From Heterodontus francisci (taxonomy: Eukaryota): a DNA stretch of 64,000 nt. Both the position numbers and the translations under genes were made by a program. The DNA lies in the NCBI RefSeq assembly GCF_036365525.1, contig NC_090415.1, positions 12,648,001 to 12,712,000 on the forward strand. Reading direction: 5' to 3'. Of this stretch, positions 1 to 11,979 are shown in pieces. Positions within the stretch are counted from its first letter, which is position 1. Each line of letters opens with the position of its first letter. The notes under the pieces were generated by a model that was not told where the DNA came from, did not search any database, and was given only the letters and a program-made list of their open reading frames with translations.

Positions 1-287
1 TCAATATAATAACATCAAAGCCGATATTGGTTTGAATATATTCAAAGCTGTGATTGGCTCTTGACGCCAAATCTGGGAAACAGACAACATTCGCAGCGCC
101 AGTCTCAGAGTGTTTAACACTTGCTGAGCCTAGAAAATGCAAATACCCACCGTGAATCCGCAGCACAGGCCGAGCGGAGGGGAAATCCTGTCCTGGAAAT
201 GCTAAATTTAACGACCTGAGATTGTGTGGATGTGAATATTGTGGAAGAGAGTGTATTAAAGGGGCGGGCGCGTTAGTCTAATGCCAC

Positions 288-714
288 TGTGTTTGTGGGT
301 CTGGTCTCATCGCCGGATTTCCGAGTCCCTCTTGCGTAAAATAACAAGATTTTCCAGTCAAAGAAGCACTTTGCTCCCCTTCTAATCCTCAAAGTGGGAA
401 TTCAGTGTTGTTTGTTTGTTGATTTCAAGATTTTAGTCGAAAAGTATGGAACATTTCAGCGATCGGCTGAGAGAGAGTCATCAGTGCAGCAATGAAACGG
501 GTTTCAGTCGAAAATGGAGTCTTTACTTCAAGCGAAACCTTTGTGACAGCAAACATTCTGATGTCAGAGACAGGAAGGATCTAGCCTGGGACTCTGGAAT
601 ACCCGAATTTCAGTGGAATTGGAGAGTTTAGGACCAGAGAGAAACACAGAGAGGCAGCAGGAGCCGGGAGCTGACAGCAGGTTGTCTCCGCCCCGTCCGC
701 TCGCTGCCTTTAAG
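288..714 (+). promoter_or_regulatory. H1 promoter: TG box TGTGTTT (288-294), H1/AC box AAACACA (642-648), GC box (688-693), TATA-like TTTAAG (709-714)
   Basis: Motifs read directly. Their order matches vertebrate H1 promoters, and all are conserved in copy B. Confidence 0.8.
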
Positions 715-792
715 TTGCTCAGTGCCGCCACCACCAGCTTCATTTCTCACCCAGTTCTGACTGACAGAGAGACTTTGTGCAGAGTCCTGGAC

Positions 793-1476
793 ATGACCGA
801 TACTGCAGCCGCCGAAACGGCTCCTCCAGCCGCCGCCGCTCAAGTCAAGACTCCCAAGAAGAAGAAGGCGGCTCCTCGGAAGGGGTCAGGCGGTCCCAAG
901 TTGGGCGAGCTGATCCTCAAGACTGTGGCGGAATGCAGTGTCCGCAGTGGGATGTCACTGCAGGCAATAAAGAAGGCTCTGCGTGTTAAAGGTGTCGATG
1001 TGGAGAAGAGCAAGTTCCCAATCAAGCAAAGTATCAAGCGGCTTGTGGCGAAAGACTTCCTGGTGCAGACGAAGGGCACGGGGGCCTCCGGCAGCTTCAA
1101 AATCGCGAAACAGGAAAAGAAGGGAAATGTGGTGAAGAAGATTAAGACAGGAGCAGCCAAGAGATCTTTAGTGAAGAAAACAGCTGTCAAGAAACTGATC
1201 ACAAAGAAAACAGCCAAGAAATCCCCAGGGAAGAAAATAGTCGCCAAGAAAGTGAGCAGCAAGAAGACAGCAGCCAAGAAAGTGAGCACCAAGAAGACGG
1301 CAACGCCAAAGAAGGCGGTAAAGAAAGCAACGCTTCCAAAAAAATCTCCAGCGAAGAATGCCAAAAAAGCCAAGAGGGCCACGGGCGGAAAGCCGCCCAA
1401 GAAAGTTCAATCATCAAGGGGCGGGAAGAAGCCGAAAGCAGCAAAGGCTCAGAAAGCAGCCCCTGGAAAGAAGTGA
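793..1476 (+). CDS. H1: Linker histone H1 (227 aa, divergent), copy A
   Basis: True ATG at 793 (MTDTAAAETAPP) inside ORF 613..1476; winged-helix domain ending LVQTKGTGASGSFKI; Lys/Ala/Pro-rich tail; intronless, followed by a stem-loop. Confidence 0.95.
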   Translation: MTDTAAAETAPPAAAAQVKTPKKKKAAPRKGSGGPKLGELILKTVAECSVRSGMSLQAIKKALRVKGVDVEKSKFPIKQSIKRLVAKDFLVQTKGTGASGSFKIAKQEKKGNVVKKIKTGAAKRSLVKKTAVKKLITKKTAKKSPGKKIVAKKVSSKKTAAKKVSTKKTATPKKAVKKATLPKKSPAKNAKKAKRATGGKPPKKVQSSRGGKKPKAAKAQKAAPGKK

Positions 1477-1512
1477 AACAGCACGGGAAACTTGTAGACA
1501 TCTGAACCCAAA

Positions 1513-1553
1513 GGCTCTTTTCAGAGCCACCCACGTCTCTCAGGAAAGAGCTG
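1513..1553 (+). terminator. Histone 3' stem-loop GGCTCTTTTCAGAGCC plus downstream element AAAGAGCTG (H1 A)
   Basis: Exact consensus SLBP stem-loop at 1513-1528 followed by ACCCA; purine-rich U7-pairing element at 1545-1553. Confidence 0.95.
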
Positions 1554-2233
1554 ATCCCCCGATCAAATGATCCCTGTCCCGCAGTCGTTTGCACATTTCA
1601 CCGAGAAATGATTTGAATTAAATCCAGGTTCCCTGGTGACTCTCAACCCAGCCCTTCCTCATTCTCTGCAACAAATCAGGGATGTCCGGGCCTCACTGTA
1701 CCCGGGTATATGTTCGGTGAAGTCTCAGTTCATGCTCGTTTCAGGGTGACAGCCTGTAACACAGTAACACGGGCGAGATACCCCGCGTCACATCTCAAAC
1801 TCCAATACATGATTTTGTATAATTCAGCTGGGGTTAGGTTTCAGTAAACTGTTCAATCCGTCTGGGAGGAGAGGTGTGCGGAAACAGGTTGACTAGTGAT
1901 CGGAAGCACTGCACTTAGGCTTGTATATTACTAACTTTTAATTGTTACAGATCCGTATTTAGACCGCCGGTTTTTGTTATCATTGGCGATAAAGGCCGAA
2001 TCTCCATGTTTTATGCTGAGCTCCAATGTCGAGAACTGTTTTTTCTTGAATTGGCGGTTCGAGCAAGTGGGAGGCGGAGCGAGAGGATCAAAGACATTTC
2101 TCTGCTCTGTCTGTCACTCATTTTCCTCCAGACCCGCCTCTGGCTCTCTGTCTCTTTCTCAGTCAGGTCGGGGCAGGCTGTATAAAAAGGCAGCAGAAAC
2201 TACTCGTTTCTCATTCAGAATCGGTTTGTCTGA

Positions 2234-2554
<321 letters not shown>

Positions 2555-2584
2555 ACAAATCCACCTTGTCTACCAAAAACAAAA

Positions 2585-2600
2585 GGCTCTTATAAGAGCC
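2585..2600 (+). terminator. Histone stem-loop GGCTCTTATAAGAGCC (H4 A, variant loop TATA)
   Basis: Perfect 6-bp stem followed by ACCCA. Confidence 0.9.
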
Positions 2601-2770
2601 ACCCAAAACCTCACATTGAGATAACTGACCTTGAAACTGCAGCGGGGATGTCTTGGGATGTGAAATTGTTGTAGCTCATCCAATATTATGTGGACTTTAT
2701 CAGATCAGTATTGCATTCTCTTATAGTCACTTTCCGTCTCGCATATTTTTTCACTGACTTCTTCTGTTCC

Positions 2771-3108
2771 ATGTTTAATAACCGCGTCATGAATTAAAAA
2801 GGTTGCATTTGATAATGTCCATTGCCGACCTGAACTGCCGGTAAAGATGTAGAAAAGGATTTACTCCCGTTAGAGGAAGAAATGGCCGGAGCTTTATTCC
2901 CGCCAGAGACCGAACAGGGAATGAATCCCTATTCAAACCGTGTTGGAAGACACAGAGGGGGATCGAGGGCGGAAAAAAATCGCGCTAAAAGCACTGAGAT
3001 TTTATAATCGCTCCCGCCAAATTAGGTTTTCTTTCATCTTTGCGTCGTTTACTAATTTGAAAATGGCGGGCTTTTTGAAATTGATTCAATTTCAGTTGCA
3101 GTTCAACC
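2771..3108 (+). repeat. Orphan duplicate of the H3 upstream region (paralog of ~4090-4419)
   Basis: Colinear match from ATGTTTAATAACCGCGTCATGAATTAAA to TTTCAGTTGCAGTTCAACC; also in copy B (~54825-55159 vs ~56141-56470). Confidence 0.85.
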
Positions 3109-4090
3109 GGATGTTGCCGGGACTGGAAAAAAATGCAGCTCTGAGGAAAGACTGAATAGGCCGTGGTTGTTTTCTGTGGCACAGAGAATGCTGAGGAGAG
3201 ATCTGATTGAATTGGATAACATTTTGAGAGGCCTGGATAGAGTGTAGGTGAAGGGCCAATTTACCTTAATACAGAGGTCACTGACTAGGGGTCAAAGACT
3301 TAAAGCGTTTGGTGGAATGATTAGAGGGAAGATGAGGACAAGGTTTTTTTCCCTCTCATCTAGAGGATGGTGGGGGTCTGGAACTCAATGCCTGAAAGTG
3401 TAGTTGAGGCAGAAATCTTCAAATGATTCAAAAGAGGTCTGGATATGCACCTCAAGTGCATATTCTACAGGATTACAGACCAAATGGTAGCAGGTGGGAT
3501 TAGAATGGGTGGAGAGCTTTCCGGCTGGCACAGACACGATGGTCCAAGTGGCTTCTTTCTGTGCCATAAACTTTCAATGATTTTCAGAAAAGAGAAGGCT
3601 GAGGGGGGACATGATTGAGGGATCCAAAATTATGAAGGTCATTGATAGGTTAGACAGGAATAAACTTTTTGTTTTTCCTTTGCGGAGGGATCAATAAGTA
3701 GGTAAGGGGCAGGAGGTTGAATGGAGATCTGAGGGAGAAAAAAACACTCATCATGTGGTTGGAATCTGGAACACACTGCCTGAATAGGTGGTAGAGGCAG
3801 GAACCCTCACAACATTTAAGAGGTATTTCGATGAGCACTTGAAACGCCATAGCATACAAGAATACGGGCCAAGTGCTGGAAAATGGGATTAGAATAGTTA
3901 GATGCTTGAAGAAATACTTGCAGGTTTATAGGTAAATTGCCCCTAGTGTAGGTAGATGGTAGGAGAATGGTGGGGATGCCGTAGGGAATATGGGATTAAT
4001 GGAGGATTAGTATAAATGGGTGGTTGTTGGTCGGCACAGACTCGGTGGGCCGAAGGGCCTGTTTCTGTGCTGTGTAACTCCATGACTCTA
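3109..4090 (+). mobile_element. Two CR1-LINE 3' fragments followed by the 3' half of an HE1/V-SINE
   Basis: CR1 C-terminal coding relics (GGATAGAGTG..., TGGAACTCA..CCTGAAA) and SINE tail GGGCCGAAGGGCCTGTTTCTGTGCTGT. Confidence 0.75.
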
Positions 4091-4583
4091 TGTTTAGTTA
4101 TCGCGTCATGAATTAAACGGTTGCATTTGATAAAGTCCATTGACGACGTAAACTGCCGGTGAAGATGATGGATTTATTCCCGTTAGAGTAAGCAATGACC
4201 GGACCTTTATTCCCGTCTGAGACCCAACAAGGAATGAACCCCAATTCAAACCGTGTTGGAAGAAACGGAGGGGGAATCGAGGGCCGGAAAATGAACTCCG
4301 AGCAATGAGATTTTATAATTGTTCCCGCCGAATTAGGTTTTATTTAATCTTTGAGTAGTTTGCTAATTTGAAATTGGCGGGCTTTTTGAATTTGATGAAA
4401 TTTCAGTTGCAGATCAACCAATCAGGGAGCAGCAATTCCCACCGCCCATATCAATCGTTTCAAATTGGATGATGGACGGGGCTTCATCCAATCACAACAT
4501 TAGGGCGGTCCTTCGACTGTCTTAAATCGGCAGTCCCTGAGCAGCTTCAGCATTAAACGTGACATTGTGTAAGGTCTTCGTAG

Positions 4584-4997
<414 letters not shown>

Positions 4998-5040
4998 ACT
5001 GACCCTGCCCTGAACTGAGTTCGGCATCAAATACCACAAC

Positions 5041-5056
5041 GGCTCTTTTAAGAGCC
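5041..5056 (+). terminator. Histone stem-loop GGCTCTTTTAAGAGCC (H3 A)
   Basis: Consensus stem-loop, with AAAGAGTTG downstream element about 18 nt further on. Confidence 0.95.
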
Positions 5057-5408
5057 ACCAAATCGACAAAAGAAAGAGTTGTGATCTCTTGTTCATTCCA
5101 GCACATAAACGTCTCAGAAGGTTTTGACCACTTATTTACTCAAAGCCGGGAGACACAATTACTTATATCTGCATCCGGTAGCTGGAGATTTCATGACGTG
5201 ACAGTTGTAAGATCTAGAGTAGCGATACCAATGTGCACAGCGCATTTTAATAGACCGGCGATCGTTTTAGGACTGAACAAATGTTTGTGGTACATAAAGG
5301 GTAGAATGGTAGAAGTGCCTTTCCAATAGGGTCTGAGGGAATTAGAATGTATTTCATCTGATGAGCAGCTAAATGCCAAAATCCAGTACACTTCATTCCA
5401 ACACAAAA

Positions 5409-5585
5409 CAGATACTCGAGCACAGCAGCCAGATAGACCGGGGCTCCGGCACCCACCCGCTCAGCATAGTTCCCCTTCCTGAGGTGGCGGTGAACACGGC
5501 CGACCGGGAACTGCAATCCAGCCCGGGAGGAGCGAGACTTGGGTTTGGCCCGAGATTTACCACCGGTCTTCCCTCTTCCAGACAT
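5409..5585 (-). pseudogene. H2A: Histone H2A pseudogene, 3'-truncated after ...AAVLEYL
   Basis: ATG at 5585; matches copy B up to codon ~59, then a 325-bp deletion removes the C-terminal half and the stem-loop. Confidence 0.93.
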
Positions 5586-5639
5586 TGCCACAATCTCACA
5601 AACACTTTCACGAAGAATGCTGAGATCCGCCCACATTCC

Positions 5640-5835
5640 TCCTCCTTGTACCTTCTGGAGGAATGGTGTTGGGGACACTGCTGATTGGTCAGTCAGCACT
5701 CGGTGTCATTGTGCTGTACATGTTACCAATCAGAGAGCTGCTCAATTCACCAATCACAAGAACTGAGAGCGAAAAATAAGAGCGTGAATTTGTCAGCCTC
5801 CCAACGATATTTCACATTTGAAAAGCCCGCCAATA
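5640..5835. promoter_or_regulatory. H2A upstream region with CCAAT boxes in both orientations and a GGCGGG/TTCAAA module
   Basis: ATTGG ~5684, CCAAT ~5726 and ~5750, TTTGAAAAGCCCGCCA 5817-5832; resembles a divergent H2A/H2B promoter. Confidence 0.65.
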
Positions 5836-6473
5836 TATTTGTAAAACAAGGGGCGGCTTCAATGTTGAATATTACATTTATAGGTCATATTGTTTTACAG
5901 AAAACATTGTAAAAACTTTTTATTTTTTTTATTCCACATTTTGTCCCTGATTGTTCCAGATTCGCTTTTGTAATCCGCCATGTATTCTGCTTTATTCTTT
6001 TCTTTTTATGATACTGTCTGTAACCAGCGGCTGAAAGCCTCATTCACAGTATCCTGCAACCGGACACATTTCAGGTCAATTTTCATAATAATTCTACATC
6101 ACTGATTATAGATTGATCCCTTTTCGTGGAGGACAAAAGAGGAGTAGAGATATTCTGTGTTATGTGCCAAAAAACCTATCTGCCGACATCCCTGACCTTC
6201 TGACTCCCTCTGTTACTGTCTCTTCAATTATTTCCATTTTGTTGGAACTGGCCCGTTACTTTTTCATTCTCTACCTATCATTCCACCGCACATCTATTTA
6301 GGCCCAGGCAGACTAGGTGATCGGGTGGTTAACGCGATTGACAACTAATTCATTGAGCTCTGCCTGCGTGGCTTCAAATCGTTTGTCTGTGAAATGTTTC
6401 TCTTAGCTGGTTGTCACTGAAGAGCACCGACTTCAGATGTCTTTTTAAGAATGTGCTGGGTCTTTCATTCTGA

Positions 6474-7270
6474 GCAAGAACAAAGAACAGTACAGCACAG
6501 GAACAGGCCATTCGGCCCTCCAAGCCTACGCCGATCTTAACTAAACTAAAACCTTCACTTCCGGGGTCCATATCCCTCTATTCCCATCCTATTCATGTAT
6601 TTGTCAAGTTGCCTCTTAAACGTCTCTATGGTACCTGCTTCCACCACCTCCCCCGGCAACAAGTTCCAGGCACTCACCACCCTCTGTGTAAGGATCTTGC
6701 CTCGCACATCCCCTCTAAACTTTGCCCCTCTCACCTTAAACCTATGTCCCCAGGAAACTGACTCTTCCACCCTGGGGAAAAATCTTCTGATTATCCACTC
6801 TGTCCATGCCACTCATAACTTTGTAAACCTCTATCATGTCCCCTCCACCTCCGTCGTTCCAGTGAAAACAATCCGAGTTTATCCAACCTCTCCTCATAGC
6901 TAATGCCCTCCAGGCCAGGCAACATCCTGGTAAACCTCTTCTGTACCCACTCCAAAGCCTCCACGTCCTACTGGTAGTGTGGCGACCAGAATTGCACGTG
7001 TGGCCTAACTAAAGTTCTGTACAGCTGCAGCGTGACTTGCCAATATTTATACTCTGTGCCCCGAATGATGAAGGCAAGCATGCTATATGTCTTCTTGACT
7101 ACCTGATCCACCTGCGTTGCCACTTTCAGTGACCTGTGGACCTGTCCGCCCAGATCTCTCTGCCTGTCAATACTCCTAAGGGTTCTGCCACTTACTGGAT
7201 AATTCCCACCTGTATTAGATCTTCCAAAATGCATTACCTCACATTTGTCTGGATTAAACTCCATCTGCCA
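6474..7270 (-). mobile_element. CR1 LINE 3' fragment
   Basis: ORFs MEFNPDKCEVMHFG...LYRTLVRPH and ...RGHRFKVRG; 3' tail (GTTCTT)n. Confidence 0.9.
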
Positions 7271-7902
7271 CGATGGAATACGAGAAAGAACTTTTTATGT
7301 ACTGAATGGTAATGACCTGGAACTCACTGGGTGGAAGAAGCTGAGGCAGTTAATGACGTCAAGAGGATATTGGGATGGCATCTGAAGGAAATAAACTTGC
7401 AGAGCGACAAGGATCGTGTGGGGAAATGAGTGTGACTGGATTAATCTATGGAGAGCTGGCATGGAGTCGATGGGCCCAATGGCTTCCTTCTGTGCTGGAA
7501 ATATCTGTATGTTTACTATTTGTTTCAGACTGAAACCTGATTATTTTAAAGGCTTTTTCAATATATAGTAGCCATAAAAAGAAACCACAGGTCCATTTTA
7601 TGTGAGAACTGCATGGATGATGAAAATTTTATCAATTGCTCTGACATTTTTAGATAGTTTAATTCAAGTTCCAGAATTAAAGCCTGACATTCAACAGGGC
7701 AATAAAGATGGTCATTGTGATGGCCAGGAATCAAAACTAACTCAACTGCTTGGAAAGCAGCTTTGCTCACCACTATAACAAGATTGCTTCGGGAAACAGG
7801 CCCCTCAGGCTTCATTTATAGAGCAACTACACACAATAGCCTTCTGATTAATCAAATGCTTTGCAAGCATTTTAATCTGAAACTTTTAGTTTATGTTCAT
7901 CA

Positions 7903-8058
7903 AAAACAAAATACTGCGGATGCTGGAAATCTGAAATAAAAACAGAATGTTCTGTAAATACTCTGATGTAAGATCACAGACCTGAAACGTTAAATCTGTT
8001 GCTCTCTCTGCAGGTGCTGCCAGCCCTGCTGGGTATATCCAGCACTTTGTTTTCATTA
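7903..8058. mobile_element. Penelope-type short relic with inverted halves and a degenerate hammerhead core
   Basis: AAAATACTGCGGATGCTGGAAATCTGAAATAAAA followed by the opposite-orientation CTGATGT...GACCTGAAACGTT; same family as 27458 and 39889. Confidence 0.6.
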
Positions 8059-8402
8059 ACACGTTTATGTTACCATTGAAGGATAGAATCATTGAATGGT
8101 TGCATCACAGAAAGAGGACATTCGGCCCATTCTGTCTGGGCCAGCTTTCTGCAAGAGCATCTCACCGAGTCCCACTCCCCGGCCTTTTCTCCATAGCTTG
8201 GTAATTTTGATTTACTCTTCATATCATTATCCAATTCTCTTTGGAAGGGCTCTATTGAATGTGTCTCCACCACACTCTGTTATTTCTCTCCAATTAAAAT
8301 AGTTACAAATGAATGGTTCTCTCGTTGCACGACTCACTTTCGGCCAGAAGATGGCACCAGCCACAATCATTTGCTCCTTCCGGTTTTTGTATGCACGTCT
8401 CT

Positions 8403-8549
8403 ATTGCGATGGGCCTGTTGCTGCCTGGGGAGCTTGCCAAGTCCACCATGTCGAAAGGGACAAAGGCAGCGAACAAGCACAACAGCTCCTTGTAGATCTC
8501 CACAATGTACAGAAATAAAGCACCAAGCACAACGGCTCTTTTAAGATCC
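8403..8549 (+). pseudogene. H2B: Histone H2B C-terminal relic with degenerate stem-loop, copy A
   Basis: Translation [30 protein letters not shown] aligns to H2B [46 protein letters not shown] at 8534-8549. Confidence 0.88.
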
Positions 8550-8719
8550 ACTGACAGCCTCTCTGAAATAATCGATTTGCTGAAGTGATTTCAATACCAA
8601 CTGTTCAAATTTCAGCCAAGTTAACTTTGAGTTCTCAAACAAGCACGTTCACCAACCGCTTCAAACATTGTGTCACTTATTAATTCCCTGCCCTACAAAC
8701 TAAATATCGTCCAATGATC

Positions 8720-9260
8720 GCCATTGTACCTGACTGTTTCTGGTACGGGAGTATTGATTTAGTCTGTATCTGTCAGTTTTTGGAGTATGATGTGGGGTTT
8801 GCACTGTACCTGTCATTCTGTGGTGTGTGAATGTTGGTTTTATTTTCTGGTATTTAAATATGTATTCTGTTCTGTAGCTGTCAGTTTCTGGTATGTGTGT
8901 AGTTTTCACTTCGTGTTTTGTCAGTTTCTGCTATGGGAGTATGGGATTTACTCGACATTTGTCTGCCGCTGAAATGTGAGTGTGCGTTTGAACCTTTAAT
9001 TCCTTTGTGCCTTACAGTATTGATCTTTACCTATCAGTTTCTGCAGTGTGTGTGGGGTTTGCTTCATGCTTCTCTGTTTCTGGTATGTTTGTATAATTTT
9101 ACTCTGCTCTCACAGGTGAGTGTTGTTTTCTTGTCTATTTTGCTGTATCATTCAGTTTCTGGTATGCAAATGTAAGTTTCACTCGATATCTCTCAATCCA
9201 TAACCTGTAATTTGTCTGTATCTGATTGTGAATGCAGTTTTTTTTTCTGCTCCAGTCTGT
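8720..9260. repeat. Degenerate ~40-bp tandem repeat (TCTGTACCTGTCAGTTTCTGGTATGTG...)
   Basis: Recurring TGTA(C/T)CTGTCAGTTTCTGG motif; also at ~11500-11810 and in copy B. Confidence 0.7.
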
Positions 9261-9261
9261 T

Positions 9262-10925
9262 ACAGGTAATGCAGAGTTTATAGAAAGGGAGGAACTTAAA
9301 ACAATCATCATCACTAGGGAAACAATACTCTGAAAACCATTAGGATTGAAGGTAGACAAGTCCCCAGGGCATGATAGCCTTCATCCTAGGGTCTTAAAGG
9401 AAGTTGCAGCAAGATAGTGGATCCATTGGTTATAATATTTCAAAATTCCCTGGATGCAGGAAAGGTTCCAGTGGATTGGAAAAATGCCAATATAACGCCC
9501 TTCTTCAAAAAGGGAGGAAGGCAGAAAGTAGGAAACTATAGACCAGTTAGTTTCCCATCCATCTATATTAGGAAATTGTTAGAATCCATTATTAAGAATG
9601 TAATAACAGGTCATTTGGAAAGTCAAAACGCAATACATCTGAGTCAGCATGGTTTTATGAAGGGTAAATCGTGTTTGACTAGTTTGCTAGAGTTCTTCGA
9701 ACATGTAACAAGCAAAGTGGATAATGGGGATCCTGTAGATGTAGTATATCTGGACTTTACGAAGGCATTGGATAAGGTGCCGCACAAAAGGAAAGATCAC
9801 ATGTGGTTAGGGCCAATTTATGGGCTTGGATAGAGCATTGGCTAATCAACAGAAAACAGAGGTTCAGTATAAATGGGTCTTTTTCTGGTTGGCAAGATAT
9901 AACTAGTGGGGTGTCACAGGGTTCGGTCCTTGGGACCCAACTATTTACAATCTATATTAATGACTTGGATGCAGGGACAGAAGGCACTATCGCCAAATTT
10001 GCTGATGACATGAAAACAGGTTGGATAGTAAGTTGCAATAAAGAAATAAGAAATTTACAAATGGATATGGATAGCTTAAGTGAATGGGCCAAAATGTGGC
10101 AGATGGAGTTTAACGTGGATAAGTGTGAGGTTATCCATTTTGGTCAGAAGAATAGAAAGTCAAATTATAATCAAAATGGAGAGAAACGTCAGAGTGCTTT
10201 GGAACAGAGGCATGTTGGCGTTCTCGTGCATGAATTGCAGAAAACTGGTATGCAGATGCAGCAGGTATTAAGGAACCCAAATGGAATTTTGGCATTCATT
10301 GCGAAAGGAAAAGAGTATAGAAGTAGGGAAGTGTTGCTGCAACTGTACAAGGTATTAGTGAGACAGCACCTGGAGTATTAAGTACAGTTTTGGTCCCCTT
10401 ACTTGAGGAGGGATGTAGTTGCATTGGAGGCAATTCAGAGGAGGTTCACTAGACTGATTCCAGAGATGAGGGGTTCGTCTTATCAAGAAAGATTGAGCAG
10501 TTTAGGCCTTTGCTCTTTCGTGTTTAGAAGAATGAGGGGAAATCTAATTGAGGTATATAAGATGATTCAGGGGATTGACAAAGTAGACAGAGAGGATGTT
10601 TCCTCTTGTGAGACAATCTAGAACGAGAGGTCATAGTTTCAGAATAAGGGGTAGCAGATTTAAAACAGAGGTGAGGAGAAAGTACTTCTCTCAAAGGGTC
10701 ATGAGACTGTGGAATTCACTACCCCAGAGTGTGGTGGATGACGGGGCGTTGAGTAAATTTAAGGAGAAGATGGTCAGATTTTCAATTAATAATGTGTTGA
10801 AGGTTTATGGAGAACGGGCAGGAAAGTGGAGTTGAGGCCGAAATGAGATCAGCCATGATTGTATTGAATGGTGGAGCAGGTTTGAGGGGCTGAATTGCCT
10901 ACTCCGGCTCTTAGTTCTTATGTTC
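9262..10925 (+). mobile_element. CR1 LINE ORF2 (RT) fragment, degraded
   Basis: Motifs NYRPVS, YLDF.KA.DKVPH, QGSVLG, KFADD, MEFNVDKC; CR1 3' UTR. Confidence 0.92.
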
Positions 10926-11979
10926 TTTTCTGTGAGAAACATCTTAGTCTGTTTTTTGCAGCCTCAGACATATCTGCGTGTAGCTTGAACTCTGTCCTTG
11001 TCAGTTTCTGGTCTGTGAGTCTATCATTGCGGGTTCGATCATTACCCAGAGCTCAGTTTAACTGGTGAAATTTACTGGCTCCTTTTTATTTTTTTGCTCT
11101 ATTTAACAAAGATCTTTGCCATTGTTTCTGACTGAGAACTCATTTATTATTTTAAAGGCTGTGCTTTGGTTCACATAGTTCTCATTGAAAGAAAACTGAA
11201 GCTCAGCTATATGGGAGCTGCACATGGATGATGAGAGTATTTTGTCAATTTTATTTTTGAAATTACATTGACAATTAAGGTATCAATGCAGCTGGATGGT
11301 ATTAGAATTGATACCTGACCTGCAGGAAGGAACCGAGGTCAACAGCTTGGAAGGCAGCTTTGGTCAGCATTAAACCACCATCACTCAATGAGTTTGACAT
11401 ATGTAAATGTGTACTTTATTCAGTAACATTTATTTTCTATTTTGTGATTACATCTGGTTCCAATTCATCATTTCAGGCTCCAGTACTCTGTGTGAGGTGG
11501 GATTAATGTGGTGTATGTCAGTTTCTGCTACTCCCTGTGAGTATGAATATACTTATGTATCCATCAGTCTGTCAAACTGAATATGTGTACGGATAAATTC
11601 ATTTCTCATCAGTAACTGCCACTGACAGTGAGCCTGAGATTCATTCAATATCTCTGTCTCTGGTATTGTATGTGAATGTGTTGTTTATTCTGTGGCTCTC
11701 ATTGTGCTTTTTATTCTCCACTGCTCTATGTCAATGAAATTTGCCCTGTGTCCATCAGTTTCATGTACTGTAATTGAGTATGGGATGCATTATATAGCTG
11801 TCATTCTCTGATCTGCCAGACAGATTTTTGATCTACAATGGAATAAAGGGTTATGGGGGAAGCCAAGAAATTGAAGTTAAGACCACAATCAGATCAGCCA
11901 TAATTTTAATGAATGGAAAGCAGGCAGGGGGGTCAAATGGCCTAGTCTTGCTCCTGTTTCTTATGTTATTTATTTCAGA

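Noticed and set aside
613-792. 60-aa N-terminal extension of H1 in the ORF track (also 52667-52846)
   Set aside because: Starts at a non-ATG codon and overlaps the promoter boxes; the real start is ATG 793.
840-1400. 186-aa hydrophobic antisense ORF, and antisense ORFs over H3 and H4
   Set aside because: Shadow frames of Lys/Ala-rich or codon-biased histone genes; no independent support.
5586-5699. 38-aa upstream extension of H2A (also 57963-58076)
   Set aside because: Non-ATG start within the promoter; the canonical MSGRGK start is downstream.
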